From Basidiobolus meristosporus CBS 931.73 (lineage: Eukaryota > Fungi > Basidiobolomycota): DNA of 57,919 nucleotides. The notes under the pieces were generated by a model that was given only the letters and a program-made list of their open reading frames with translations, ran no database searches and was not told the origin of the DNA. This document shows, one piece after another, positions 26,344 to 39,229 of this stretch (position 1 is its first letter; each line of letters begins with the position of its first letter). Made by a program: the position numbers and the translations under genes. The DNA is taken from assembly GCA_002104905.1 (NCBI GenBank), contig MCFE01000560.1, positions 1 to 57,919 of the forward strand, read 5' to 3'.

Positions 26344-29300
26344 CTCCCCCTCAACTAAATAATTTCTTAATCCCAACTTCTCTCTAAGGACCTCAAACTG
26401 TGGCCTAGCTAGTGGTTTTGTCAATATGTCTGCCACCATTTTGTCAGTTGGGCAGTAAACCAGCTCCACTAAGTTATTTTCTACAGCTTCCCTCACAAAG
26501 TGATCCTGTATATCAATGTGCTTAGTTCTGGCATGATTAGTAGGATTTCTAGCTAATGAAATAGGACTTTGATTATCCTTGTAAATACATGTTGGTTCAC
26601 CTGAATTAAAACCTAAGTCTTTGAATAATTTTTGTAGCCATATAGCCTCCTTAGTTGCTTGACATGCAGCCATATATTTGGCTTCAGTTGTAGATAGTGC
26701 CACAGTTGGTTATTTCTTGCAGTTCCAAGTAATAGCTGCACCAGCATAAAGAAATACATAGCCTGTAGTAGAGCGTCTGTCAATCAGATCCCTACCCCAA
26801 TCTGATTCACTATGACCATCAAACTTTTGCCTATTAGCTGCTCCAGAGTATTCCAGTACCTTATTTATAGTACCTTGTAGATACCTGAAAATCTGCTTAA
26901 CTGCTGCAATTTGATCTGATCCATAATTCTGCATGAATTGACTGACTATTCCAACTGCTACTGCAATATCTGGACATGTAGAAACCATCAAGTATATTAG
27001 GCTACCAACCATTGATTGATAGGGAAAGTTTTGGTCCATATTTGAGCTGTTTTCATCTATAACTGGCTGAGATATGCTTAATTTCAGGTTGTTGTCCATA
27101 GGGGTTGCTGCAGGTTTGCAATTTTCCATTTTGAAGCGTCTAAGAATGTCCCTGATGTACTTGGACTGATTGAGCACAATTTTCTGCGTAGGTATGTTAA
27201 ATTTGACCTCAATTCCAAGAAAGTAGCTCAATTTTCCAAGATCTTTCATCTGAAACTTGCAGAAGATATCTGATTTTGTCTGTTTAAGTGCCTCTTGATC
27301 ACTTGTAGCTATAATTAGGTTGTCCACATATAGAACTAGGATGATTACACCCTTTTTGAGCTGTTTCACATATATACTGTGATCTGCAGTGCTATGAGAG
27401 AACCCAATTTCCTCTAGATAGGTGTCAATCTTGTTATACCATGCTCTGGGTGCCTGCTTAAGCCCGTACAACAATTTTCTAAGCTTGCACACCTTATGGG
27501 GGCCTTTTGGATTGGTAAAACCTTCTGGTGGCTCCATATATATAGTTTCTTGCAAATCCCCATTTAGAAAGGCTGTTTTGACGTCCATTTGGTGTAGATC
27601 TAGACTGTGTACAGCTGCCAGGGCTAGAACTGTCCTAATAGAGTTAAACTTGGCAACCAGAGCAAATGTTTCCTTAAAGTCTAGTCCCTGGATCTGGGAA
27701 TAGCCTTTAGCTACCAATCTAGCCTTGTACTTATCAACGGCACCATTTGAGGTTATCTTGTTCTTGTAGACCCATCTACATCCTATTGGCTTTCTCCCAT
27801 TTGGTAAATCTACCAGTTCCCACATTTTTGCCTTGATCAGTGATTGGTACTCCTCCTGCATGGCTTGTTACCACTTAGTAGCATCTGGACCTTGCATTGC
27901 CTGTTCCAGATTCTGAGGTTTGGCACATAAGGCAAGATAAGCTTCTTCATGATCATTGGATGTCTGCCACCAGGATCCAGGGGCATTTCTTATTCTGGTA
28001 GATCTCCTAACTGGGATAATCTGTTCTGATCTGGAACTGGTAGAAGTATCTTCCATCTCTGGCTGGATTTGGTACGTATCTTCTTCATTTGTGTTGATTG
28101 CATCATCAGGCAGCTGGCCAATGATTTCTGTGGCTTTCTGATCTGAATTCTCCTCCAATACAACGTCCCTGCTCTTGATCAGCTTCTGAGTTTTGCCATC
28201 ATACACTCTATACCCTTTAGTGTCTTCACAATACTCAAGAAAGATCCCTTCTCTACTCTTTGGTTCCAACTTTGAGCATTTTCTGTCAGGGATGAGATAA
28301 AAAACATCACTGCCAAAGATCCTGAGGTGCTGGAGATCTGGTTTTTGCCTGTATATGCTTCAAATGGTGTAGAATCATGTAGTGCTGTTGTTGGGCATCT
28401 GTTGTTGATGTATACAGCGGTAGCAACAGATTCAGCCCAAAACTTGTAGTCCATTCCCTTATCATGTAGCATAGATCTTCCCATCTCTATTATTGTTCTA
28501 TTTGCACGTTCTGCTACTCCATTTTGCTGCGGAGTATGAGGAACTGTGGTCTGTTGAAGTATACCAGTAGACAAGCAGTATTTTGCAAACTCCTTTGAGC
28601 AGTATTCTCCTCCATTGTCACTTTGTCGTACCTTCAATTTACACCCAGTTTGTGTTCCCTGCCATGTTCTTGAAGTGCTTAAACATCTCTAAAGCTTCAT
28701 TCTTTGTTTTGAGGAAGTACACCCATGTATATCTTGTCTTGTCATCAATAAACGTCATAAAGTATCTCTTGGCTCCAAAGGACAGTGTTCTCATGGGGCA
28801 ACATATGTCTGAGTGTACAATAGCCAATATTTTGGTGGTATTGATGCCTTCTGAGCTCTTGAAATGTTGCCTAGCCTGTTTGCCATACAAACATCCCTTA
28901 CAAACATTCAATTTGATTGGAATTGAGTATTTTAGGCCCAAAACAAGCTGATTTTTCACCAATTGGCTCATTTTCTGTTCCCTGATGTGTCCTAGCCTCC
29001 TTTGCCAAGTCTCCCAGTTGGTTTCATCAGTTTCAGCAATGTTGACATACTTGGGTACAATGATCTTGTATTGTAACTTGTATATATTGTGATCTCTGAT
29101 TCCCAAAGCTAATTTTTGTCCATTTTCACTCAATATTGAGCAGCTAAGCTTAGTAAAAACAAATTTCAGTCCCTGAGTAGTTGCTTTACTGACTGAGAGT
29201 AGGTTCTTAGCTATTCCAGGTACATAGAGTACGTCAGTCAGTTTTGCTGTTGTTGCCCCTGAGTTATCACTCATATTTAGTTGTATAGACCCACTGGCAG

Positions 29301-30628
29301 TAGCTTCCAATGCAGAGTTATCTCCCAGATAAACCTTTCTTACAGGAACAGTTTTTAAGTTGCTGAACCAATCCTTTATACCACAAATATGCTGTGATGC
29401 TCCAGAGTCAATATACCATTCATTACTTTGGTTACTTGCACTCTCTTGTACAGTTACAAATAACTGTACATCAGTAGTTGTATGGTTTGCCGGCTCTAGT
29501 TTCTGTTTTTTGTCTGCTTGTTACTGCTTTCATTTTCTTGCCCAGTGTCCTGGCTTTTTACAATAGTTCTAGCAGCCAGGTTTTCTTTGGTTTTGTTGTT
29601 TTACCATTTTTTCTGAGTGCCCTTCTGAACTGAATAGAGCATTATCTTTGACTTTCTCTGCTTGATTATTACATCTGAGTTCTGTTGAAATATTGGACTA
29701 TTTGGTATCATTCAGCAGCTAAAAATTTACTCAACAATTCTAGGCTAGTCTTAGTCACTGTAGGACTCATTTACTGCCTTAACTTTGCCACTTTCTCCAG
29801 ATATATGATCTTATGATTATTCCCCTATAGTCAGGATCAAATTAGCACTATTACCAAGCATTATGTACTAACCCTGAAACTGTTACAGAATGCTCCTGAA
29901 TAGTGAGAAACCCTCCCTAATTAGTGTTGCAGCTGTATTACTTCTACAAAGGTATAAATACTGAGCTTCTTTATGAATAAACAACAGTTCAACTATTATC
30001 ACTATTTCTTGATATGTTCCTTATATCCAAATCACTTCTTAAATTGCAACAAGTTCTTCATGGAGAAGTCTTCCTTTGACATAGTCTAAAGTCAAATTGT
30101 CTTGTCTGCTTTCAAAAGAAAGTATGAGTGGTTCTTACTTGTCTGGTAGGCTACAAAGCAGACAAAGTATCTTTTCTTCACCATCTATACCAGCGTTAAT
30201 ACTGTAAAGTTCATCTGCAAGTGTTTCCATTTTGGTAATGAGTTGTAGCATGTCATCATCTGGCTTCTTCCTCATGTTGAAGAACTTTAGTTTTAAATAT
30301 AGCTTGCTTGATACTGACTTTGCTCTAAAGATCTTCTCTAAGGATTCCCATGCTGCTTTGGCAGTATTTGAGGCATGTATTTGTCCAATGAAGGAATCTT
30401 GCACATTGGTACATATGGCATTAAAGGCCTTTCTCTCCTTTGCTTGAGACTTCTCCACTTCTTCTGCTGTTCCTTTGGGCTCAGCTTCTTTTCCGGTTAC
30501 TATATTCCAAAGCTTCCTTTCCTCAAGGTGGATCTGCATCTTGATTCTCCAAATCTGTAGTTCTTTCCATTAAACCTCTCCTTTACAGGGAAGATGTTTA
30601 TGTTGTTCTGTTTGCTGGTAGAAGTCAT
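26344..30628 (-). pseudogene. gag-pol: A2/A3 gag-pol, defective
   Basis: Track ORFs 26278..26703, 26710..27861, 27868..28269, 28179..28637, 28639..29310 and 30135..30539; YVDN, TEAKY. Confidence 0.92.
29683..30051 (+). repeat. Solo LTR of family A, inverted, inserted in family-A gag
   Basis: 369 bp TGTTGAAAT...GCAACA with exact TSD AGTTC (29678-29682, 30052-30056). Confidence 0.95.
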
Positions 30629-30742
30629 CTTTAGATTAGATTAAGGCAATTGGGGCTCATAACCTGTTGAAATTTAATAAGTGTTTTGGATATAAGGAAT
30701 TTATCAAGAAGTAGTGTTATTAATTGAACTGTTGTTTATTAA

Positions 30743-33236
30743 CAAGTAGAGATTTGGCCAGACCATTTGGTTTAATTTGGACCAAATGGTCTAATTTAAT
30801 ACAATTGTTTTTTCTGGATGGGTGTCTTACTTTGTTTATTTCATATCATATTCTGATAAACAAGAATCTGAATATTATTTTTTGGAGTTGTTTTGATAAT
30901 TTGTCATATTTGTTTTATCTTTTCTTAAGACTTGAACCATGCCTCCTGCCAGTAAATATCTTGATGTTAATGTGCGTGTATCAGTATCCAAGCGATTTAT
31001 CAAACATAAGGAAGTCAAACAACTTTTATCTCTGCGTTTTGACTGGAATACACCTGGTTTGAGCTTCAAGGGAGTTACCACTGCACGCTCAACAGTCAAT
31101 GGCAATTTGAAATATGATGTCATTTTGGATCTGGTACTGGTGATTACATTGACTCTTTCACAAAACTGTTTAAAGTACATCAAGACTAACGGTAATGATA
31201 CCTAGGGAAACATTGAACCTGCAACTGGTAATACTACCAAGAGTATTGTTACTGAAGACTTATTGGAGGATGCAATCCAAGATGAGGAGCAGGAGGAAGA
31301 TGAAATTGACCTTACTGCAGCAGACACCTGGATAACTGGGGAAGTATATATTGATTCCCGTACAAGTGGGCCAGCTGATGGTATTGCCTCCTTGAAAGCT
31401 TGGTTAAATATGAAAAATGCTAGAAATGCCTCACCACTGGATTATTTCTTGTTCTTCCTTCCTTTAGATCACTTTTGCACTATTGTTTGGAGGATTAATG
31501 CTTATGCAACTAGCATTGGCCCCTGGACTGACATTACATTTGCCAAGTACATGATGTGGATTGCATTAATCAACCATTCCAACAAAAAAGCTTACTGGAA
31601 GCAAGGCTCTTCACATTTCTTAATGAACATTGACTTTACGGAATATATGTTGTATAGAAGATTTAAAGAGATTCTGAAAATGCACGTTCTTGAAATCCCT
31701 TCCCAAGAACATCAAGAAATTGATGCTCTTTATCAAATTAGATCAACTACTGACGCCTTTAATGAACACATGAAAACTTGTTTAGAGCCCTGCAAGTATT
31801 TAGTCATTGACAAATCAATGATTCAATGGTTAGGAGCTGGTTTGCCCAATGTTAAGAAAGTTCCAAGGAAGCCGCATCCCATCAGACAGGAGTTCAAGAC
31901 TTTAGCAGACCATCACACTGCTTGTATCCTGAGAATAGATACAGTGAATGATTGGTTACAGAAGGAATAAGACAATGATCCTGGTATGTCCAAGTTGACT
32001 TCCACTGTGAAGCGATTAGTCAAGCCTTGGTTTGGTACTGGCCATACCATTATTGCTGACTCTTGGTTTGGATCCCTAAATATGACAATGATGCTGGCTG
32101 AACTTGGTCTGTATTCCATTATGCAAGTGACTAAGCGCTGCTACTGGCCATGTGGTATGCCCACCACCAATATTGTTGCCAGTGTTGGCAGCTTGTATGG
32201 TGCTCACTTTACTATGAACAAGACAACAAGGAGCGGGAGAATCTTTGTCTGCGCCTACCATGATTGCAAGATCAAAGCATTTATTTCTTCTTGCAGCACA
32301 ACAAGGCTCACTGGATGGAGAACTTTTGTAGGGGACAATGGTGAGGTGATAACCTTTCAGCAACCGGAAGTGGTTGAAGAATATGAGACCCATAAAAGTA
32401 AGTAGAATCCTGTCTTGAAGAAACAACATGTGCTCCATTTACTATATTTGTAGGTTTGGTTGATGCTGCCAATAACCTTTGAGATACTTTGACATCTTAT
32501 CATGATGTTATATCTACAGAAAGATGGGAGATGCGTTTCTACGGCTTCATTCTGGGTATCTGCGAAGCCAATGCCTATAGCTCTTATCGTACATTTTCTT
32601 ACCAAAAGCGTGGTGTATCTCATTTCTCTTTCAAGGATATTCTAGCATACAATTTCTTGCAATATTGTAAGAATTTGGCTGGTTCAGACATCAAGGGGCC
32701 CTTGGGTAGTCAGAGGCAACTCAGAAGTGATGAAAATCACACTTACCTGTTGATGAGTAAAGGTTATGGCTCAAAGCACTGTAGATTAGCTTGCAAAACT
32801 TGTACTGCCGCTCATGTTACAGGCACTAAGGTTGAGTTTTCATGCAGTTGCAACCCTGGCCACCCAATGTGTAAAGACTGCTATACCAGGCACTTGAAGG
32901 TGGTATATGAAAAAACAAATTATGCTCAATAATTCTTTGCAGTTAGTAGGATTGGCTATTAAATGTTTGAAATATAATTGCTTAAAGCCATACCCATTAT
33001 TCATCAATGAAGTGTTAGACCATTTGGTCCGATTAAAACTTGCCAAAAGTTGCTTCAGTAAAGGCAATATAAGACAAGGTATTTGCAACCATTTTGAAAA
33101 AATCAAAATACCAGCACAAAGTGCATACCAGAGAGATTTCATAAACTTCATTTAGACTTCATATATCCTTGCTATGAGGTCAAAATAATTTAAATACAAT
33201 TGGACCATTTGGTCCAATTGGGCTAATCTCTACTTG
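30743..33236 (+). mobile_element. piggyBac-like DNA transposon, complete ends
   Basis: TTAA at 30739-30742 and 33237-33240. Perfect 12-bp TIR CAAGTAGAGATT plus subterminal GACCATTTGGTC palindromes. The copia LTR rejoins on removal. Confidence 0.93.
30939..32932 (+). pseudogene. piggyBac (DDD) transposase with C-terminal Cys-rich domain, one intron and 3 nonsense codons
   Basis: ORFs 30939, 31263 and 31986 share one frame. VIDKSM, IADSWFGS, and after splicing 32398-32453 HKSLVDAANNL*; then CRLACKTC...CSCNPGHPMCKDCYTRH. Stops at 31203, 31968 and 32480. Confidence 0.85.
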
Positions 33237-34661
33237 TTAATAAATAAGCTCAGTATTTATACTTTTGTAGAAGTAATACAGCTGTAGCACTAAGTAAGGA
33301 GGGTGTCTCAATAATCAGGAGCATTCTGTAATAGTATCAGGGTTAGTACATAATAGTTAGTATTAGTGCTAATTTGCTTCTGATTAAAGGGGAATAATCA
33401 TAAGATTGTAGATCTGAAGAAAGTGGCAAAGTAAGATCTGTAAACTAGTCCCACAGAGACCAATATTAGTCCAGAATTGTTAAGTAAATATTTAGCTGCA
33501 GAATGATACCAAATAGTTCAATATTTCAACATATTCTCCATTGTTCACTTGACTGCAAGCCTAAGAAGTCTGCACTGTTACCTAAGTAGGCACACTGCTC
33601 ACATGGACTTTTTTGGATGTAGCCCTGATTGTTCCACTGAATGTCAAAGCAAGCAGCTATCCAAATATTGAGACAATATCATGTACAATGCATGCTATGA
33701 TGGGTTAATACTAAATCATACTTGTATGCAGGCAAAATATCTCATATAGAAGACTATGCTGAGCTCATACAAATATTGTTAATACAGTGCAGTAACAGTA
33801 TTGCTTTGTTGAATGTCTATCTTTTTGCCACATAGACATCACTACTTTGATTCAACACCAAGGGCAATAAGAAAAGGCACCATGTGGCTAGTATAATAGC
33901 CTCTCAGCCAAGATGCTTCTAGATAGCATAGGGATTATAACAAGGATTATGGCCAGTGTTTGCCACAGAAGTCATATTTGAGTATTTGTCACTCACAACT
34001 CTACCTGCTATATCTCACCAGCATTGTAAGATTTGTAACAATGCCAAGGTAGTTACCAAACATTGCCGCTTGGATCACAGTTTGCAAACCACAAAGAACT
34101 CTGACTAGTTTGTTTAGTTTAAACCAAAACTATTGAAGTGCCCCATTGGCTACCCTTTACCCCAGCCCCTCAACCAGAATTTGTCTTGTTAGGGGCAATG
34201 GTTTAATCCTTACTCCAAGAGGCTGCAGCCAATTGCCTCCAGTCATCAATAATGTAGAATAGTCCCATCACTCTGCTTGCCAGGCTTGGACCTTTTTCAA
34301 CCTCCCATAAATGATATTATATGTGTCTGATTGACTGATAAATGCTCAATTAAGACTTGTTTTGGGAAACACTTGGCATAATATCTGAACCAAGTTATGA
34401 GCTTTCTCTTGAATGTCCAAGCTAGATCAGCTTTTAACTTAATCTGCAGATATCAATGTTTAGCCTGGCAGAATATGAGTGTGTCTATCAAAGCAGTAGC
34501 ATTAGTTAGCAGATGAAGCCAGAGATCCTTAACAGACATATATATAATTGTATCTAGTAAGGATGTATTGGATGAAGATGCTACAATACAATGTGAGTGC
34601 CCATTTACTATTTGCCAGTTGATGGACAAACAATGGAATATTGAAGAACAAATGTTTAATG

Positions 34662-37600
34662 TGTGGGTTATTACTGACTGTACTTGGTGAGTAGGAGAGC
34701 TTGTAGGTCAAGTCAGTACCACTTGGTTCAGAATAGCTTCCAATAGAAGGTAGCAAGGTAATAAAGACTTTTGTTTATTTTGTCCAAATCTTGTTGTTCT
34801 TCCTGGTTCAATTGGGTAGATATATATATCACTTGGGGGGGGCTTAGACAATAGACAATGTGTTATAAAATAGGGGTGTGAACACCTTCCTGTTATGGTA
34901 AGTGCTCTAACTAGATAAGGGCAGGGATAGGAGGGGAGGACGCGTGGGGGAATCATAGGGAGGGTACTGGAGGACTTTGGGTAGGACTCTGGAGGGAACT
35001 CTTGGGAGAACTCTTGGGCAAAGAGTGGGTACTACATTGAGTACTCACATAATGGAGGCTGATCAAACTTTTGCCATTTACGCCTTAGCTTGGGAGATAG
35101 TTATGACCTGCATACGTTGCACGTCGTGTATATGTTCTTCTACATTGGGGGAATATATCGTGATGTTGTCCAGATACACAAGGGCGCATTCCCAATGTAG
35201 ATTTCCTAGCACCTTGTTGATCATCCTTTGGAACGTAGCGAGGGCATTGCACAAGCCAATGGGTAGTTGGTTCCATTTGTATAATCCAAACAATGTTATA
35301 AAAGCGGTTTTGGGTTGATCTTCTGGGGCTACTTCTACTTGCCAAAACCCGGAGATTAAGTCAAGAGAGCTAAAATATTTAGCTCCAATTAATCTGTCCA
35401 AGAGGTCGTCTATTCGCGGTAGCGGATACACGTCCTTCCGGGTGACGGCGTTCAATTTCCGGTAGTCAATGCAAAAGCGTTGCTTTCCGTCTTTCTTTGG
35501 GACTATCACTACGGGGGAGGCCCACAGAGATTGGCTCTCTGTAATGATGTCGTCTTTTAATAAAGTTTCAATTGTCTCTTTGATATAGTCTGTGTCAATT
35601 TTTGAATTCCTATAGGCTTTTTGCTTGATGGGGTATTTGTTGGCAAGGTGGATTTGGTGATATACCCCAGGTATATGACCAATTACTTGGTTCTTAGAGA
35701 ATACTCGGGCAAGCGGACGTATTCCTTCTAGAAATTTGTCTCGTAACGTAGGCGGTAGACCGGGGTCCACATCTAGTTTGGGGAATTCTTCTTCTGGTTC
35801 TTTGTTTGGAGGTGGTCCTTTGTCGTTTCCGTCGACTTCCTCTAAGTTTAACAATGGCACTCCTCTAGGCAATGTCACCATGTGTCGCCCGTTGTTAACC
35901 ACTAAGCATTTCAGGCTTTGCGTTTCAAATTTTGGTGGTATCCATACTTTAGGGATTGAGATTCCTTCTAGTTGCTTGGATGCTTTTGCTGCGGTTATCA
36001 TTCTTCCGCTTGTTGAATAAGCTATTGGTGTTTCTAATGAGATCACCGTCTCACTGGCGGGTGGTATTTTTATCACCTTTTGTGTGATGATCGGAGACGG
36101 CAACGGTTTCACCTCTTCAATCGTCACACTGTTGCTACGCGCCTCGCTCTCATTGGTGATATGAATCAGTGGGATACTGTTGGTATCCCACCTGAGTTCA
36201 GATGCACTGTAAAGTATATCCATCTTATGTTGGATAAACCAACTCTTGCCAATGAGTAAGTCGTTGGCTGCGACGGGTAGGACCACGACATCTTGGTGTA
36301 TTATCAAGTTGCCTAGCCGAATAGGGCAATTAGGCACCACACCTACCGTTGTATCCAGTTGGTCATTCGCTAGCCGTACTCGAATGGTGTAGTTGGGGAC
36401 TATATTTAGTTTTAGACGTTTCGCTAATGACTCTGACATGATTAACATAGAGGATCCTGTGTCGATAAGGGCAAGAATCTCCTTATTCTCTATATGTACC
36501 TTTACGTATGTACCTTAATTCGGTTTTTGCAGGACCGTCTGGTTGACATGGAGGGTCGTTATCTCCTTCAATCCCTCTATCAGTTCCTTGACTAGAGCTG
36601 GGGCCAGTCCCAGTAAATTGGTTATTGGGAGGGTTGCCTTGGTTTGCTCTAGTACCTTCATTATGGGGAATAGGCCATGGGAAGACGTGCTAGCGTTCTT
36701 CGTTTGCTTTAACACTTCTTCCCAAGGTTCATTCCGTACTTCTTCACCTAATTCCGCGCTCTTTCCTTTTGACAGAACCTCTACTACAGGTTCCTTCACC
36801 TCCTCTCTAGAAGCATCATGTCGACGCTTCTTCTTCCGCACTTCAATTGTCCTGACCGGAGGGCTTAGATTGACTGAGTCCCGTTGGCCTCCTGGCGAGG
36901 GACTCTGTCTTTTGACGTCTTCTTCTCTTTTGTGTCCGGTATGGCTTCTCTTCCGTACCGTTTTTCACATTCTTGGGCCCGGTGACCTACTTCTCCACAC
37001 ACATAACACAGATACTGTCGTTGCGGTCGTTCCATCTGTTGGGTCAGGACTTGACCTGGGCCTTTAGATCTACGACAGCTTCCCAGAGTTTATCACCTTC
37101 TTTGGGGACTTCTTGGACATTGTTGATTGAGAGTTCTTGGACCTTTCGCCGTAATTCCTCTAACTCACGGTCTTTTGGGGAGGCAATTTTTCCTTTCTTA
37201 CGGGGGATCCCTGTCCTTCGATCATTTGTATCACTATAGGGTAGCCCCCATAGCAAGATGACCCCTCGTACTTGTTTGACCAACTCTTGCAACGTTTTAC
37301 ATCCCTGTTGTTCTTTGGACACCTTACGTCTTATTTTGTCGTCTAAGCCCATGATGTAATACCTCATGAGCTGTCGTTTGGCAATTTTGTCCTTTGGGAG
37401 ACATCAAACTTGTTGGAGAAACAGTTCAGTGTAGGCTTCATAGCTTTCACTGCTTTTCTTCCGCGAGGACAGTAGAAGGGCTTCGTAGTGGTATCCTTTG
37501 GCATATAGAAAGCGTGTCTTGTAGGCTTCTTCTAGTGCATCCCAGTTGTCTTTGACTGCGTCTTCCAACCCATAATGCCATCGCCATGCTGATCCTTCCA

Positions 37601-38165
37601 TATGTCTTGCGAACTCTCTTACTTTCTTATCATTGTCCCATCCTGCATCAACCGCAACTCTCTCAAACTTATCAAACCACTCAAGGGCTTTCTCTCTCTT
37701 TCCCTTGTATGTTTTTAGTTTGATTGTAGTAGTCATTACCTCACTTGTGCTTATTTCCGCAGAGACGGCACCAAATATGTGGGTTATTACTGACTGTACT
37801 TGGTGAGTGGGAGAGCTTGTAGGTCAAGTCAGTACCACTTGGTTCAGAATAGCTTCCGATAGAAGGTAGCAAGGTAATAAAGACTTCTGTTTATTTTGTC
37901 CAAATCTTGTTGTTCTTCCTGGTTCAATTGGGTAGATATATATATCACTTGGGGGGGGCTTAGACAATAGACAATGTGTTATAAAATAGGGGTGTGAACA
38001 CCTTCCTGTTATGGTAAGTGTTCTAACTAGATAAGGGCAGGGATAGGAGGGGAGGACGCGTGGGGGAATCATAGGGAGGGTACTGGAGGACTTCGGGTAG
38101 GACTCTTGAGGGAACTCTTGGGAGAACTCTTGGGCAAAGAGTGGGTACTACATTGAGTACTCACA
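34662..38165 (-). mobile_element. Ty3/gypsy G2 (same family as G1), 3'-truncated and rearranged
   Basis: 388-bp LTRs 34662-35049 and 37778-38165; TSD TAATG. gag with CYVCGEVGHRAQEC, LIDTG protease, and RT ending just after YLDN. Confidence 0.95.
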
Positions 38166-38214
38166 TAATGGAGGCTGATCAAACTTTTGCCATTTACGCC
38201 TTAGCTTGGGAGAT

Positions 38215-38558
38215 AGTTATGACCTGCTGCTCAAATGCTCAAATTAGAACAGTATAAGCTGTGTAAACTAGTAGGTATATTTTGCCTATCGGTACATTGG
38301 TGTTTTATCTGAAATCTATAGCATTAGTCAGCGGATGAATCAGCAGATTCTAGTACAACAGAAATTGATATCTCAAGTGGGGTGTTTTTGGGTTATGATA
38401 ATTCAAGGGAATAAGTCATCCCCCACAGCCTACATTGAAAAGTACAAATAGTTCATGCTTGATGTTGAATATTATACATGAGGAATGGGTAGAGCCTCAA
38501 TAAAAGTCAGTTCAAGTTTCAATGGACACAAGATTAGCTAAGGTCCCTATTTTTAACA
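38215..38558 (+). repeat. Old family-H-related LTR
   Basis: AGTTATGACCTG...TTTTAACA after GGGAGAT; shares blocks (GCATTAGTCAGC, GAATCAGCAGAT, CCTCAATAAA) with 6981-7349. Confidence 0.6.
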
Positions 38559-39229
38559 TTGAAAGCAGCAGTAATCAGAATCCTCCCTACTGGAGAATTA
38601 GTAGTCTCCTTCAAGATGTCAGAAAATAATGAATGGAAGAATGCTATGCAGCAAATGCTGGCCCAACCACAATGTTACTACAAATTCTCAGCCAGCTGCA
38701 ACAAGTGGTGATTACTAAGGCATAGAACCATGAAAGTCCTGTCAAGAGCAATCTTAGTCTGGGGGTAAATCAGTACTCTGGTAAAGTCAGTGAGGCCTTA
38801 GCTCTTTCATGCAGAAGAAGCATTCAGGAAAGAAAGAACTACACTACAAAGCCAAATGCACTGTTCAGCTTCCTACTTGGCAGATGCAGCTTTTCAATGG
38901 TACCCATAAAGGATCAGGTCAGCAGGCTTGATGGGATGCTCTATTATTGGTATCTGGGATGTGCTTACATTGCAACTCTGGATGCTTCTAAACCTCCTTA
39001 TCAGTTAAAGGGAGCTGAATACACTTGGTCAGGACAGAATGGCTTGGGAATACATAAATGAGTATAGGTGTTTACTCAGCAAAGCTGAAAGAATGAATGC
39101 TCTTGCCCTATAAAAAACTATTGAGATGATCCCATCAAAAGGCCATCAAAAGTTAAAGTCATGTGACTAATGGTTACTGATTTTATCAGGACACCATACC
39201 AAGACCATTGAAAAATTATTGCACCTCAG

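Larger units (their letters stand above)
24967..33531 (-). mobile_element. Chimeric copia A3/A2 element
   Basis: Older-type LTRs 24967-25334 and 30665-33531 (the latter contains piggyBac), with exact TSD TATTC. There is an extra internal young 3' LTR at 25975-26343 and two RT/RH ends but one gag. Confidence 0.9.
24580..33680 (-). pseudogene. ORF2 relic of unit U4, split by copia A3
   Basis: 24580-24966 and 33532-33680 join through TSD TATTC into sequence homologous to 56060-56500. A transposase 5' fragment follows on + at about 33820-34070, again head-to-head. Confidence 0.65.

Noticed and set aside
36870-37060. Programmed -1 gag-pol frameshift in G2
   Set aside because: Two successive -1 shifts are needed and no X-XXY-YYZ slippery heptamer is present; single-base deletions are more likely. 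G1 lacks the region, so it cannot be compared.
159-38165. Repeated ~370-390 bp blocks as a CRISPR or satellite array
   Set aside because: They are TG..CA-bounded LTRs with PBS, PPT and TSDs; there is no short repeat-spacer periodicity.
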